Notes: generated from the letters alone by a model not told the origin. Shown: positions 1-29,799, numbered from the stretch's first letter. The stretch: DNA of 64,000 nucleotides from Amoebidium appalachense (GCA_963693365.1 CAVNZM010000001.1:2248907-2312906); one strand, 5' to 3'. Numbers and translations: made by a program.

Positions 1-6711
<6,711 letters not shown>

Positions 6712-7369
6712 GTTTGACTCAACACTCACTTCGCCCGTGAGCGCAAGAGAAAAGTAACTAGAGAGGTGTTTGGCGCAAGCTGAGTAACACGCGTATATGC
6801 CACAGATTGAAACCTAAATATGACAAGATTATGGAGTCACTGGAATGGCCAATGTCGCATCAAAGGGTCAGGACAGCTGCCCAGCAACGCACCAGCGTAC
6901 ACAAACTATTTAAGGTGTCAAAATAGTACAAACCCTAAAGGGACCTCTTCCCTGAGGACCTCGTCCCTTTTGCCCTGAGAAGTTGTCACAGATGCAATCA
7001 ATCGCAAAAGCTAACAAACTTGCAATTTTCCGAACACCCTTCAGCATCTTGTGTGTGAGATTTGACCAATGACAAGATCCAAATGTTGCGTCATCGCACG
7101 AATGAAAGCGAAGTTGTGCTCACGTGCCCGGTGCCCCGGTGCGTGAGCAGTACTACAATAGTGTGACTGTGTGGTGCGTCCATGTGTCCCGGGCCCGTTT
7201 CAACTAGACTCGAAGGCAACTGAGCAGTGAGCACCCCCTGTACTCTAGAGATAGAGATGCTCTGACTATTCACATCTGTTGACTAATCGCTTGCGGTTTG
7301 CATGAGTAAGTTCTTTGTAAACCTATGTCTCCGGCAAATCCCCTCGATTATTCCGTTCACTACTCCGAC

Positions 7370-8220
<851 letters not shown>

Positions 8221-8282
8221 GACTTCTGACACTGTACTTCCAAAGCAACAGACCGCTTCGTGTGGTGTCTCTTGCAAGAAAC

Positions 8283-9895
8283 ATGGCAGCCGAGAGTGTG
8301 GCCCGGCCCAGCGAAGATGGTACTTGTCCATTTAAGTTTTTTTTTTAATTAAACGAACTGACTTGCACTATTGTGTCAGCTGTATAGCTGCTTCTCTGCA
8401 CTGGATAAAACACCCGCACAAGCCAAGCGCGTGTGTTTAATCATGCTAACGATCTCTCCAGAAGATCTTATCACTCTCTTTTTCTTCTTCTGCTTGATCA
8501 ACACTTCTATGCAAGTCCCAGGTCCTTTATTTCACATATTCCCCCCCCCCCCCCCCCCCTCCCCCCCGGCGCCGCGCCCACCTTTTCTTTCTTTCTTTCT
8601 TCTTTTTTTCTTTTTGCCTTTGGCCATCCCCGCGCATGAGCATCTGCTTGATCATGTGCTGCCGACGGCACTGCTTTGCCCCAACGGCCACGCTTCATCC
8701 CTTGGGCCAGCCTTTGCTTCCACCAGCTCACACTGCTTTTGTACGTTTGCAGATGTGCCATTTTTAGAAGAGGCTGACCTGGCCATGAGTGATGTTCGCT
8801 TTGCTGTCCAATATATCCAGCGTTCAAGGTTAGCTACTCACCCCCCCCCCCCCCCCCCCCCTCCCCCTGCCCCCTTTCCCCCCCCCCCCCCCCTCTTTCT
8901 CCATATGTCCGAATGTGGTGGCCTGAGGTATGTTGTTACCTCCTGATTTTTGAGATAGAATGAAAGATATCTTTTTAAAATAACGAGGTATGGACTAGGT
9001 GCTTGTGTGGAAACAAGAGCACCACAATGTAAAATACCAATAAGCCAAACTGCACGTATGGTTCGAATCGAAAATAGCCATGGATCTTCTAAGCACTAGC
9101 GGGAGCAAGCATATAGGATTATAACTCACTAACAAATCAAATGTTCCTTTTTTGAGCAAGGGGTGTGCAATATCTGACCGAGTATCACACAGTATTCCAC
9201 CGACAGAAGACACAGTCTTTATGGACCTGAGGACACTAGAGGGGGATGAATATACGGTAGAGATGTCTCCAGCTGGCTTTAAGGTGGGTGGGTGGTGTGT
9301 CCTGGGTGTGTTGTCTGTTTATATTCTACTGTCTACTTTTATATTTTAGTTGTTACTGTCTACTTTCATATTTTAGTTGTTACTGTCTACTGTGGTCAAA
9401 TTATTCACAAATTGGGGTTTCATTTTTATTTTTTGAATTTTTGGGGGGAGGAGGGGGGTGGGGTAGGGGTGGGGGAGGGGAAGGGAGAAGGAGGAGGAGT
9501 GAGTGAAATCAGATATCTGTACATTTGGCTTTGAGAGGTTCTTTTTTCTGAGGGCATACAGCTAGATAGCGCAGTGACACGTGGAAGTGGACTCATGTAC
9601 GAACAATAAAGATCTGCTCTTACATTTAAGTTTAGTTGCAGAGTAATTCCTAGTATATCCGTCATGTGGTGTGCGATTTGATTTGCGTGCGCGGGTTGCG
9701 TAAAAAAAATTAAAAACTAATGAGCGTTTGTGATAGGTGGTGGGGCGTGGATTTGGGCAAATTACATCGACTGAGCGGTCAAGGACATTTGAGACCATAC
9801 AGGCACTGGTGGGATATCTCAGTCCGAGATATACGCAGACTTTTGCTTCTGCTCTGGCTCAAAAACTGGAAATGCTGGCCGATTCCGAAAACTAG
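8283..9895 (+). CDS. GSKIP: GSK3-beta interaction protein (GSKIP/DUF727 family), 4 exons, 120 aa
   Basis: Exons 8283-8319, 8753-8828, 9193-9283, 9737-9895 splice in phase to MAAESVARPSEDDVPFLEEADLAMSDVRFAVQYIQRSSIPPTEDTVFMDLRTLEGDEYTVEMSPAGFKVVGRGFGQITSTERSRTFETIQALVGYLSPRYTQTFASALAQKLEMLADSEN*, matching GSKIP motifs (DVxFAV, TLEG..Y.VE...GFKVVG, ET...L...SP.Y...F...L.QKL). Confidence 0.9.
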
Positions 9896-10249
9896 TTTTC
9901 CTGTAATTTATATGAAGTTGAACGTTAACTGCGTCAAGATCGTAGGAATATGTAAATATAGAATAATGTATTTAGTAATTAGTTATTAATTTTTGTTATA
10001 GACTTACATCTGATAGTTATATTGCTCGAAAGTGATTATCATGGAATGAAGGTGGCGGGGGACAGGCAGGTTGTGGTGTTTGTGTTAGTGCCAACCTCAA
10101 ATTCTGACACACACACACCTCTAAAACATATCTACTTGCAGTCTTTGATGTGTATGCATGAAAGGGGCAATAACACAAGAAATAAGGGGTAGTGGTGGCA
10201 GTGGTGGGTGAGTGAGGGATGATTGGGATGAGGTGGTGGTAGTGGTGTT

Positions 10250-10312
<63 letters not shown>

Positions 10313-10751
10313 GGGGGGGGGGGGGGAGGCATTGTATAGTCTGTACGCAGGCCTGTGCACGTGCACGTACGTTAAAGTTCAAGGTACCGATTAAATGGCC
10401 TTTGCGGCATGGGTAAACCAATGAATAAATGTGAAAGCTCCTGCTGTGGCACACCATTGCCCAGATGCCGGACACAATTGGACACCTGCAGTGCAGCTCA
10501 CATATCATGGACTACTAATCACAAACATGCCATCGATGTGCAACCACAGCCGGATGGCAGTTCGGGCAATCCAATAAAAACACACCGTGCAGGTGGCCGA
10601 TCATTGACAGTGGGGGTGACATCGGTGTACGTACATGTGACGTGTGGAAAGGGCGCCCAGCAGTGACACCGGGCGGGAAGCCCACGTGCCGACAACCATG
10701 CGCTCGAGCGAGGAGGGGGGGGTGGGGGGGGGGGAGGGGGGAGGGGTGGGG

Positions 10752-11148
10752 TTGAATGCGTCATAAAGTACCAAGTACACAAGAACAACGGATAACACGA
10801 TGCAGAGTGCAAGCCATACATATATAAAGAGTATGCATAATAAGCAGAGCCCATCCTCATGGGGGGGCCCACGTCATCCACAGTACCCGAGTTTCGAATT
10901 CGACCCATTCACCTCGTTAACGAAACCCAACTCAGATGGTGTTTCACTTGAACATGGGTGGGTCACCCGTCTTGATCAGAGACAAGCAGGGTTACTTCTA
11001 CAGGCAGGTGCAGTGGGGAAGGCCGGGAGTTAAAGTTGTAACAGTAAACGGAAGCAAGAAAAATATAGATATGAACTCAGGAGACTGGGCTTCTGGGAAG
11101 CTCTCCCGTCGCTACCGGTCTAAGTCGATACTTCCCTGGCTAACATAC
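10752..11148 (-). mobile_element. Poly(C)-associated retroposon, subfamily 2, copy D
   Basis: TTGAATGCGTC after a G-rich tract; colinear with 62767-63150; G-rich sequence at the distal end. Confidence 0.8.
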
Positions 11149-11443
11149 GGGGCGCGGGGGGGAGGGAATTTCTGGCAGGCTTCGGTAGACAGTGTCAGTA
11201 TGCATACAGGCTTTATTTGCCTGCTGCCAGCAGGAATATTGCATGATCATGACAGCCATACGTGCATAAGATGTTATAACATCAAGCCCAGCTGGTTAAC
11301 ACTTAACACAATACAAAAGTTACTGTACAGTACATACAAGCAAATCCATTCGCTGTACACCAGATATTTGTGCCATTGTAAGCATACTCGGTTTCTGAGC
11401 AGCACTTGTACAGCCCAAGGTTCTGGCGCACATCCGTGTATGT

Positions 11444-11494
<51 letters not shown>

Positions 11495-11643
11495 TGCACG
11501 CACGCATGTGTACACATGTGTTCTTCTTAGTGGATACCCCTTGACGTGTGTGTAAGGAGTAAGTTAGGGGTGATCGGAGTGAGTAAGAATAGGTAAACGG
11601 CTAGACGATGACTAAAAGCACGTTTCGATTTACTAGCACCGAG

Positions 11644-11689
<46 letters not shown>

Positions 11690-11877
11690 ACCCACCCACC
11701 CACCCAAAAGAAACATAAACATAAACATATAAAAAAAAAAAAAAAAAAAATAAAAAATAAAAAGAGATGCAGACATTTAAATTCTTGACGTCGAGGCCTT
11801 CATTCTTGTGTCTAGACTTGCTGACTGGGGCCCATCTCACGGGTTCATTCATGTCTGCTGGTTGCATCCTCCTCCTT

Positions 11878-19897
<8,020 letters not shown>

Positions 19898-20111
19898 GTT
19901 GGCACGAAAAACACCACTCGGGCTTGCTGTCACTCACGTGGTCCCTGACAAAATTGTCGAAGTGTCTAAGCCAACATGGCCAAAATGTTATGGTCAGCTA
20001 TACTAAGACGAAGTGGCAGGAAGATTGTCAAACGTATTGTGGTCTTGAATCTAAAGGAGGGGAGCACGTTGTTATAAACGAGGCCAAAGAAGAAAAAAAG
20101 AAAATTGGTAG

Positions 20112-20184
20112 CGACCCTAGCAGGACTCGAACCTACAATCTTCTGCTCCGAAGGCAGACGCCTTATCCATTAGGCCATAGGGCC
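20112..20184 (-). tRNA. tRNA-Arg(UCG)
   Basis: GGCCCTA-TGGCCTAATGGATAAGGCG-TCTGC-CT-TCG-GA-GCAGA-AGATT-GTAGG-TTCGAGT-CCTGC-TAGGGTC-G: 73-nt cloverleaf, followed by T runs (Pol III terminator). Confidence 0.97.
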
Positions 20185-20613
20185 GATCGCTGAACATTAC
20201 TCGGAGTCGGAGTTCATAAGGCAAAACCGATTACAAAAAGCAATATGCAGTACTCGGGAGTACTGTAGCAACTAGTACTAGGAGCCTGCCAGGCATAGCC
20301 TGAGAAGGAGGGGAAGTTCGTGAGGAAAGGGTACCGTGACGGACGACGCCACGAACAAGTGGCAAACATGATTAACCTGCAAGCAGGAGGGTCGGGAGAC
20401 AATGCTATGTGAAACAGAACGAACTTCCCTGTGAACTAACTTGTACGTTGCACTTGGCAAACTATGTTTGTTATAAGGTTGTTCCGGAATGGCCGGAGGG
20501 AGTGGCCAATTTTATTTTAAAAGTGCATGCTGCTGTGTGTGTGCATGTGTGTGTCCTTTGGTAGTGGTGTACGTGTGTTTTTTTTTTTTTTTTTTGTTTT
20601 TTTTTTTTTTGGT

Positions 20614-20660
<47 letters not shown>

Positions 20661-21109
20661 AGGGCAAGATCCGGAGTGATGGTGAAAAAAACAACAGGCT
20701 GCATCTCGATTACTTCATAGCAACATGTATAATGCGTCAAGGCACCGGCCGGGATACTACCGGTTGTAATCAGCTCAAGTTTATACATATACATCAATGC
20801 CGGTCGCTCTACCAGCCTATTCTCAGGTATTACTAAATCCATATTACCAGCCCACACGGCTATAAAAATATCCAACATGACGGTAGATAGTAAGAAGTAT
20901 GATTCATACATGGTCTGTCGTCATATTATATGTTCATTATGTTCTAAACGTGCCCACGATCAAAACACGTTTCGCCACATGTACCATGCTGTTTTATCGC
21001 AGCTCACTGACCAATGCAGATTTCGAATATAAAAAAGTGTCTAATTTACCGGCATACGAACGATTATCTTGCCGTTTTCACCTGGATTGTAGCAAATCGT
21101 GATACAAAT

Positions 21110-21916
21110 TTACGATGTCCCATGGGTAGCTGGGGACCCAGTCAGACTCACGGGTGTCCCCACAGCATCCGTCACGTGGTCTCCATTTTTGGAAACGTTC
21201 ATCGTTTGCGGCTGTGCGCAAACATTCATCGGCGTAACAACATTTTCGCCATGCGTCTCCTCACCCGGTGAGCCTGGGGGAGTGTGCTGCCCATAGCCCT
21301 CGCGCTGATTCTCCCACTCTGGGGCTCTCGTTTCTTTGTGGTTGTTGTCCGTGTGTGCGGCGTTGTTTTCTGTCTCCGACTCTTCCTGTGTGCTCAGGGG
21401 TACGTCGTGCAGTTGCGAATACCGGCATAGACCAAGTAGGCCACGAGCAGCAAGGGCCATTTCACTGTCCACCTGAAAAGGGCAAAATAGATATTAGACA
21501 TACCCCGGGCCAAAAATTGTGGTGGCATCACATGCATTTGTGTGTTTGTGTGTGCACGTGCTGATTAGAGGTTTCAGTCGACCTGCAATACATGGCCTTT
21601 GACACGACCTGACGCATATGTGCCGTGGCTGTGGTCTCGGGAGGGGAGGAGGGGGGGGGGGGGGGGGGGGGGGGGGAAGGGGGGGGGGAGGGGGGGGGGG
21701 GGGGGGGGGAGGGGGGGCAAGCTACACAATGAATGATATCACTGTCACACCCAACACAAAGCGACAAACACACAAGTGAACACAAATAGCACAAAACATC
21801 AAATAGCAAAAAACATCAACAGCAGCAAGCCCCAAGGGCTCCCACTCCATCCATAACATGTCATCCACATGATTATCGGACATCCGAGCTCCCTTCTCAA
21901 AGAGGGGACGGGAGAA

Positions 21917-21949
<33 letters not shown>

Positions 21950-22414
21950 GGAGATGCACCACCAAACAAAGTACAAATCTACAACGGGGAAAAGGTGGGG
22001 ACGGGGGAAAAAAAAAGGGGGGGGGGATGTTTACCGGCTCTCCATCGACAATTGCAGTGTCACTGGTGCCGCTGGAAAACACGCTGGAAGGGGGGGCAAA
22101 GTTGGAAGAAAACGGGGACTTGATGCCCACACGTACACGGGGCCGTAGGGCGTCGGCCCGGCCAGCAAGATCGTCCTCGAACGATTCGGGTCGCTCGTTG
22201 CAGAACAGGTCCACCGTGCGTCGTCGCTTGCAGCTTATCATGCCCTCGGGCTCACTCATGGCTCTGTCCAACCCAAAATGCATGGTCGGCAACCAGAAAA
22301 CACACAAAAAAAGGGATATCGGGAGGTCCCTAAACAGCTAGCATAGCTTCTCATTTCTATAAGAAGGACCCGTGCGTGAAAGTCACCAGAAGGGGGCGCA
22401 GAAGGGAGGGAGAA

Positions 22415-22448
<34 letters not shown>

Positions 22449-24165
22449 AACAGAGCTACCAATAAGGGGCGAACGTGGTGCACGAATGTTGTAATCCTCG
22501 ATGTCTCGACATACTAGGAACACAAGATGAAGAGAAGGATGAAATTGGTAGGCGGGGTGTGGGCATGGAAAGAAGGGAGAGAAACGGGTGGGAGGGTAGA
22601 AGCCGGGAGGGAACGAGAGAGCAAGAGGGTGGGGTGGGTGGGTGGGTGGGGGGGGGGGTTGGGGGGGGGGGAGGGCTTGCCTCTTTATAGACTGTTCATC
22701 AGTGACCATTTCATACGTAGCCAGGTTAGCCATGGGGGTGGAGAGTGCAGTGGCTAGGTCTGACTGCAATTTGCGAACATAACGCGCCGCTGGGGGCAGC
22801 GACTTTTGCGGCTCCTTGAATTCTGGGGGTGTAAAATCAACTTCGGGTGGGGGGGCTCTAAGTATCGCCTCAACTACTGATCGGGGCTTGCGCGTGCTCT
22901 TTTTGCGTTTTGGTTTCGCCGCTGTGTCACCATTTTCACTTTGCGAGTTATCGTGTTCCGAGGAGTTGCTCTTTTCCTTGTCCTTTTTAGGTGTTGTTTC
23001 ATCGCAGGTTGCATCTGAATCTTCTTCGTCTGCCGCTGTGCGTCTGTTGCGTCTTCTTTGTGACTGTTGCGATTGGAGTGCCTTTTGTGCCCGATCCAGC
23101 CGTCCGGATGAATGGTCTGTGTGGGGACAGGCGCACATGTTAGACTTTCGTATGTGGCAACATAACATGAACATAACACGGGCCACTGGAGAAAAGCAGC
23201 TGGAAAAAAAGCAGACACATTCAAATTCTGCTTCTAATGTTTGTGTCCCCCCCCCCCCCTCCCCCCTCCCCCCCTTCCCATTCCCGACAGCAAGCAGCCC
23301 CACCAGTGCACGCATCACTCCATCCAGCCAAACACACTCCCCAATCCACGTCTTCTTTCTTATCTGCTTTTGACTTCCTGCATTTCTGTTCAATTCTAAT
23401 CACCCCCCCGTCCCCACCCTTCTTGGCCTCCTCCGTCCCCACACAAAAGGAAAACATAACCGAACAGACACTGCTACTATTCCCTCATCATGACTCTGCA
23501 CGTCTTCGGATTTTCTCCGTTCTCCACCGTGTCCCATCAAGATGAGAGAGCAAAAAAAATCAGGATAGAAGAGAGCACAATTGGTTCGAATTGTCACGCT
23601 TTCCCACAAACACAACCTCTGCCCATACTTAACGGCACACCGGTACACAACATGTTCAGACTGCACCCATATACCCACTAAACGTAACACCACACAGCGT
23701 CCATTTACAGCACACACCTAAGCAATACGCCTATCTCCACACACACGTCCACCATAAGCACCAAAGAACCCATCACAGCACACGCTAATACACCTATCTA
23801 AAGCACACAGCCACACACCTATACATGACACAACCCATACATATACAGATATCTACAGCACCACATCAACTTATGGCACGCACCTGTGCGGGCCATCCAC
23901 TCTCTGATCAGGGCCACCATGCGGCTGTGTGCCCGGTCAGACATGCGCAGGCACAGGAACGTGCTGACCTTTGCCTGCAGACACACACAGTCAGTACTGT
24001 TTGCACATGCACACAGAAAGGGATCAGGTGTTGCTGATGGCACGTGTAGTGCCAAGAGTCACATAAAGATATAATTTTGCTAGCGAAATGAGAATGGGGT
24101 GAATAGGAAGAAGAGAGCAAAAAGAGAACACGTGAACCGCAGATGGCCGCCCGGGGGGGTTGGGG

Positions 24166-24196
<31 letters not shown>

Positions 24197-24241
24197 GGAG
24201 GAAGCCGGTGGAGCAGGAAGTGTGGTGGAGGGTTGCAGGGG

Positions 24242-24321
<80 letters not shown>

Positions 24322-26340
24322 GTGTGTGTGTGTGTGGACCTATCTATATCCCCTACGTGTTAGCCTAAGATATGCACCTTACTACGTGTTGCACACATCA
24401 CGGATGCTGTCGTCTGAAGTGCATAGAAAAAAGAACGATCAATTTCGGCGCACATGGCAACCCTTAACACCGCCATCATATACAAAAAAACACGGCTCGA
24501 AGGGAAACTTTGTGCGGCCAAACAACACCCACCTGCGAGCAGTTTATCTGCTGGGCAAGGTCCACCTGTGTGTAGTACTCCTGCTTCATAAACTTGCGCA
24601 GCTTGGATACAAAATCACTGTCTGCAGCGGGAGAATACACAAAGATTACAACTCTACCCATGTTTTATGAAAAATGCACCCAACACACACAAAAGCAATA
24701 TTCAAAGGCCTGTACAATCGTGCTTGAGAACTTGTGTTGCCCCCCAGCACATACTGTGATGGCCTTTCAAGTCGAGCATACGAGGCTACTCCGCGTGCAC
24801 AAACCTACCCAAGCACTTGCACGTGTGCACACGCATGCCTTGAAAATGACACAAACAACAAAAGAATGGGTCACCCAGGGCACCTCAGAAGCACAACAGT
24901 CTTTGCTTCCACACACAAGTACCCAAACACACTTGCATGCACATAAGACACCAAGAAAGGAAGTACACTTTGAGAGGCAAAAGCACACGTGCAGACACAC
25001 ACAGATCACACACACACCAACACATGCACCCACCCACCCACACGCGCGCGCGCGCGCGCGTGAAACAGCGCGCCATAACTTGGTACAAATGCAACGAAGT
25101 GATCAAAGACAAACACACACCTTTTGGCATCATGGCCTTTTTCTTCAACAGGCTCAGTGGGTCCGGCAAACCATCGTATCCATCCAGCCGAAATTCCTGC
25201 TGTGCCTTCCGTTAGGCTGCCTGCCGCCTTAGACATCTTTTGACATTTAACCAGCACAAAGGCCAAGTGCAACACAACCAGCAGTTCTAAAAGCCGTTCA
25301 CCCTCTCCTGTAAAATGTTTGTCAACCCTGGGCAGCGCGAACTACACAGCACAGCACAAAATAGTTGCTTACTAACGGATTATAATTATGGGTGAAAAAA
25401 GGTGTTAAACAGCCCCGCGCCCCTCCTCCCCCTTAGTAGGCAAGGTGCATATGCGCAAAAACAGTCCATTCTTCGAGGCACCTACCCGCAGTGGTTGGAA
25501 GACGTGCACTCTCAGCTCTCCCTCCTCGCCTGCACGTGACATTTTCGCTAATAGCTACAAGCTCTGATTTAGCTCTGAGAAGAACAAGGGAGTGGCTACG
25601 ACGCCCTAAACGTAGTATAAATTCCTTACAGAAAAAAAAGGTCTGCGTTGTAATATGCTCTAAGCGCCTAGGCCAACTTTCTACGTAAATATTCTTATGA
25701 CAGTAAACCGCAAATATAGCCAGGTTGTCACCTTCTAAGCCTTTTCTACCCAAAAAAAAGTGCAAGGAGTGAAAAAGGATTTGGCAGAGAGCTGCAGCGG
25801 AGTGCGGCCTGCTCTCGTTTTGTAATATCGCAAACAAGTTTAGAAGGGGGCAAATCATGCCGCCAAAACCGTGGACTCATGGGGTTGCTTGGTGTTGTCT
25901 TCAAAAGAGAAAAGAGATTTAAAAAATCCAATACCACAGGTACTACATTTAAAAAGCTAATAGTAATATATTAATAATTACAACTTTATTGGAAGTGTGC
26001 TGTAGCGGCGGCATGTTTCTGCATCTGTGGACATGTCATATAGAGGGTACACTGTAGCCCTATCAACTTTCTACTTCGCTCTAAACGATTCTAAGTTCCT
26101 AGTAATTTGGACTAAAAAGAACGAATCATTAGTCGTTTTTGTGTCGCGCCTTTCCATAGTCAAAGTTTTCGATTGGATTACCATCTCAAGCAGATTACCT
26201 AAAATAGTAGACGGCTCTGTCGGATTTCGCGCCAGATTCAATCTCGGCGGGAAGTTGGCGCGCAGCCGGCAAACCGCCGGCCGGCACCGTCTGCATATCA
26301 TCATGTACAGCTCGACGTAACCGGGGGCCGGCCGGAGCCT
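21110..26340 (-). CDS. Putative DNA-binding protein with a Cro/lambda-repressor-like HTH; 5' end uncertain
   Basis: Phase-consistent exons 24533-24621, 23884-23974, 22681-23116, 22035-22263, 21110-21472, plus upstream exons near 25.1-25.5 kb and possibly 26.2-26.3 kb. They give DFVSKLRKFMKQEYYTQVDLAQQINCSQAKVSTFLCLRMSDRAHSRMVALIREWM, then a basic NLS-like stretch KPKRKKSTRK. Confidence 0.7.
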
Positions 26341-26891
26341 CTGGACGTGCAAAAAAAAAAAGAAGAAAGAAAGAAAGAAAAGGGAAAAAAACGAAAAAAA
26401 ACACAGGTATCAGAGATTATAGCAGAAGCACAAACTTTAACGTTACGATTGTGCACTTCGGAATCTTGAGAATCGGCTGAATCGGTCCACACAGTGGCGC
26501 CAGGCGACAAGCACGTTCCATATCGGCAGTGCCCTTGCCCGATAGGATATTTATGACTAGCTATAGACATGTGCACGTTACACTTCCATGCCTAAGGGAC
26601 TCTTGATTTTGAAATTTCAACTGGGAGCCTCGGGGTAATAGTAACTTTGGGGGAGCCTCAGGGGGGACCAACCCCCCCCTTGGGACAGGTGGGCCCCTTC
26701 CCCCCCGGGGCCCACCCACCCCATAGGCTGCCATACGTGATTAATTATCAGAAGACCTGAACACATCATAGTATTATAATCAGCCGCGGTTTACATGCAA
26801 TGCCGATTGCAAAACGTAAACATTGAGGCTAACTAATAGGAATCATTCCTTGATCACCTGCTGAGTCTCAGTTATATGCCGTACGATCATA

Positions 26892-26955
<64 letters not shown>

Positions 26956-27509
26956 ATGACGGGCCGGCCCGCCCGGGGCACGAACGGGACTATAGCTACA
27001 ATAAGGGTCGCGCCCCTTGTATTTGTTCTTTGCCATAGGTGGCTTACGGGCCGGGCCGGGCCGGGGTATAGGTGGAACCGACCCGGTAGGGAGCCTCGTA
27101 CCTATGAATGTATATGCACGTGTGGATGTGCATGCACGTGCAGCAGCGAAGGGTTCGTGTCATTATTTAGCAAAAAAAAAAAATCCGGATTGAAATAGCA
27201 ACGAACAATAATAAGAATAATGACGAAAGTGAACATGTACATGTAGTCTAATGATCACGTACGTTCCTGGCGCACGTGCTGGAAAATAGAAAGAAAAGCC
27301 GCCTTAAGCCTTAAGCCGTGGAAATAAGTAAATAAACAACAGAATGCCGCGGAAAGCCGCACGTGAAACCACAGAGCACGTTCCAGAAACCATGTAAAAG
27401 CCACCGAAAAACAAAGAACACCGCCAAAAAAAAAAAAAAAAAAAAAAACTTTGAAAACAGCGAAGGAAAGCCACTTTGAGTGTTGATTCAATAAAATTTC
27501 GAATCGTGC

Positions 27510-27635
27510 GTTCCGATTGGTGGACCTAAATTAGAGCCGCATCCTATTGGCTAAAAACGCACCGTCAAGAATTTTTCCATCGGTGTCGTCAGCCGCCGCA
27601 CGTGCCGCGACCCGGAGAAAAAAACTATATAAGCG
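27510..27635 (+). promoter_or_regulatory. Candidate Pol II promoter (two reverse CCAAT boxes and a TATA box)
   Basis: ATTGG near 27516 and 27546, TATATAAG near 27626, upstream of a short ORF at 27742-27927. Confidence 0.45.
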
Positions 27636-27909
27636 GACTTGTCGGTCACTTTTGCTCAACCTACAAGCATCCAAATGCAAAGCGGAAGCTCTGTACACAT
27701 CTACACCTCCATCTACTTTTATTCTCCATCACATTTCAACAATGAAGCCCACCACAGTGCACTCCACCAGCAAGACTTCCGCTGTGGTCAAATTTAAAGG
27801 CGCCAATGCAAGAGCAGGAGCAAAAGCAGCTAAACAAAGAAAACAAGCTTCCTCCACTCAAACCAATCAATCGTTTTCGCAACACCACCACCACCACCAC
27901 CAAAATGAC

Positions 27910-29370
27910 CGTCGCCGGGATTCCTAACCGGGTCTGGCTGGGCCGCGTCTCCAACAAGGCCAGCTACAGTGCCATGCACATCCTCAGCAAGCACGTCTTG
28001 TGGCCACCACGGCCACAGACACCAGCAACGACTGCTGGGACAGCAGCGACAGCGCCGAGAGCGAAGATGAGGAGCCAGCACAAGTGGGTGCAGGCATACT
28101 CAAGCGCATGCGTGTGGATTCGCCGCCCGCCAAATCTGTGCATCCAGTGGCCAAGCGGGTGCATTTCACCGACAGCAACCCACCACCTGCCTAGGGTGAC
28201 ACGGAGTGGACACGTGTTCAGCACCCAGCAATACCTGGGCAACGGTAAGGGTACCGTGATTGAGGCCAACTGGCGCTCAGGCTGGCCATGACTGCAGCTG
28301 CATCTGCGCTGGTGCACGGCAAGCAGCCCCTGGAGCCTGCACTGCTGGTGTCGGAGGTGCCCATCCCCAACTCCTACAAGGAGGCCGTGGTCTCAGACCA
28401 TGCCACCATGTGGACGCAGGCGTGCAGTGATGCAGAGATGGAGAAGCTGCGGCGCCACGGAACTTATTCGCTGGTGCCACTGCCCGAGGGCCGCTGTCCA
28501 ATCAAAAAGCGCTGGGTGTATGACATCAATTGGCACAACGGCGACAATGAGGTGACCAAGTTCCGGGCCAGACTGGTGGCCAAGGGGTTCAGCCAACGTC
28601 CTGGTGTGGACTTCACCGACACCTTTGCCCCCACAGCCAGCTGTACCGACCACCACCAGGTATTTGATCGCCACTGCCGCAGCCCAGGGCCGTCACCTTA
28701 GCCAGTATGATGTAGACAGTGCATTCCTCAATGCTGAGCTCAGTGAGGAAATCTACATGGCTCAGCCCGAGGGGTATGTGGTGCCCGGCCAGGAGCACCT
28801 TGTATGCAGGCTGCACAAGGCCATCTACGGCTGCGCCAGGCTGCACGTGCGTGGGGCGACACCTTCACAGCCGGCCTGGCCCAGCTGAGCTTCAAGCAGG
28901 CTGCAGCAGACCCCTGCCTGTATCTGCGCGGCAAGGGCAAGCACCTGGAGCTGCTGGTGATCCACATCGACGACATGGTGGCCAGCACAGCCAGCATGCA
29001 GGCAGCCACGAGACTGGCCAAGCAGCTGGGCACCATCTTTTCCATCAAGGAGATGCCTCTGGCCGACTGCTTCCTAGGGGTGCAGATTGTGATCTGCAGG
29101 GAGCTCGGCACCATCAAGATCCACCAGTCTGCCTACACTGCACGTGTGTTGGAGAAGTACGGCATGGCGGACAGCAGGGCTGTGGACACACCCATGGCCC
29201 TCGACAAACTGAGCAAGGCCCAGTGCCCTGCCACCCCCGAGGAGATCAGCGCCATGGCGCCATATGTGGCTCTGTACCAGGGCATCGTGGGCAGCGTGAT
29301 GTACCTGGCCAGCTGGACCCGGCCAGATATTGCCCAGGCCGTAGGGGTGCTTGCCAGGTTTACTAACCAC
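27910..29370 (+). mobile_element. Ty1/Copia pol fragment (RT), frameshifted, no LTRs
   Basis: PNSYKEAV, KFRARLVAKGFSQRPGVDFTDTFAP, QYDVDSAFLNAELSEEIYMAQPEG, RLHKAIYG, LVIHIDDM, YQGIVGSVMYLASWTRPDIAQAVGVLARF spread over three frames; stops before RNase H. The left boundary is approximate. Confidence 0.95.
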
Positions 29371-29799
29371 ATCAGCAATCTCCCCCCCCGGGTGAGAAGT
29401 AGCGTGTGTGAGCGGGGTACTTGAACACCAACACGAAAGAAAGCACAGCACAAAGCAGTTCCACGAACACGAATGGTTTTGGTATTCCACACAACGAACA
29501 GAACCAACAGTAGGGTTACCTACAAATGAAGCAGAGGATGGGGCACCATCCAGGCCTACACTGGAGGATATGAAAACACGAAGCGCGCTCACGAAGCTGC
29601 TCACAAAAGAAAGAGCGACTGTGACGACTTTTCTTTTGAGGCCAAGCCTCCAGAAGAATGTATTTATGCCTGGAATCCCCCTGCTCAACGAAAATGGCTG
29701 GCAAATGGGATACGAAAACTGCTCACGAATGGAAGCATGTGTTTTCTGAAGAAGGCTTGCTTTGCCTACCCTCTTCTTATGAATTATGAACCGGGTTTT

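Noticed and set aside
26600-27100. GC-rich inverted and direct repeats (GGGCCCC...GGGGCCC, ACGGGCCGG x2) as a transposon end or ncRNA
   Set aside because: No partner end, TSD or recognisable RNA family could be established by eye.
27742-27927. Short basic ORF MKPTTVHSTSK... as a real gene
   Set aside because: No recognisable domain and it runs into the Copia fragment; cannot be supported beyond the promoter-like motifs.
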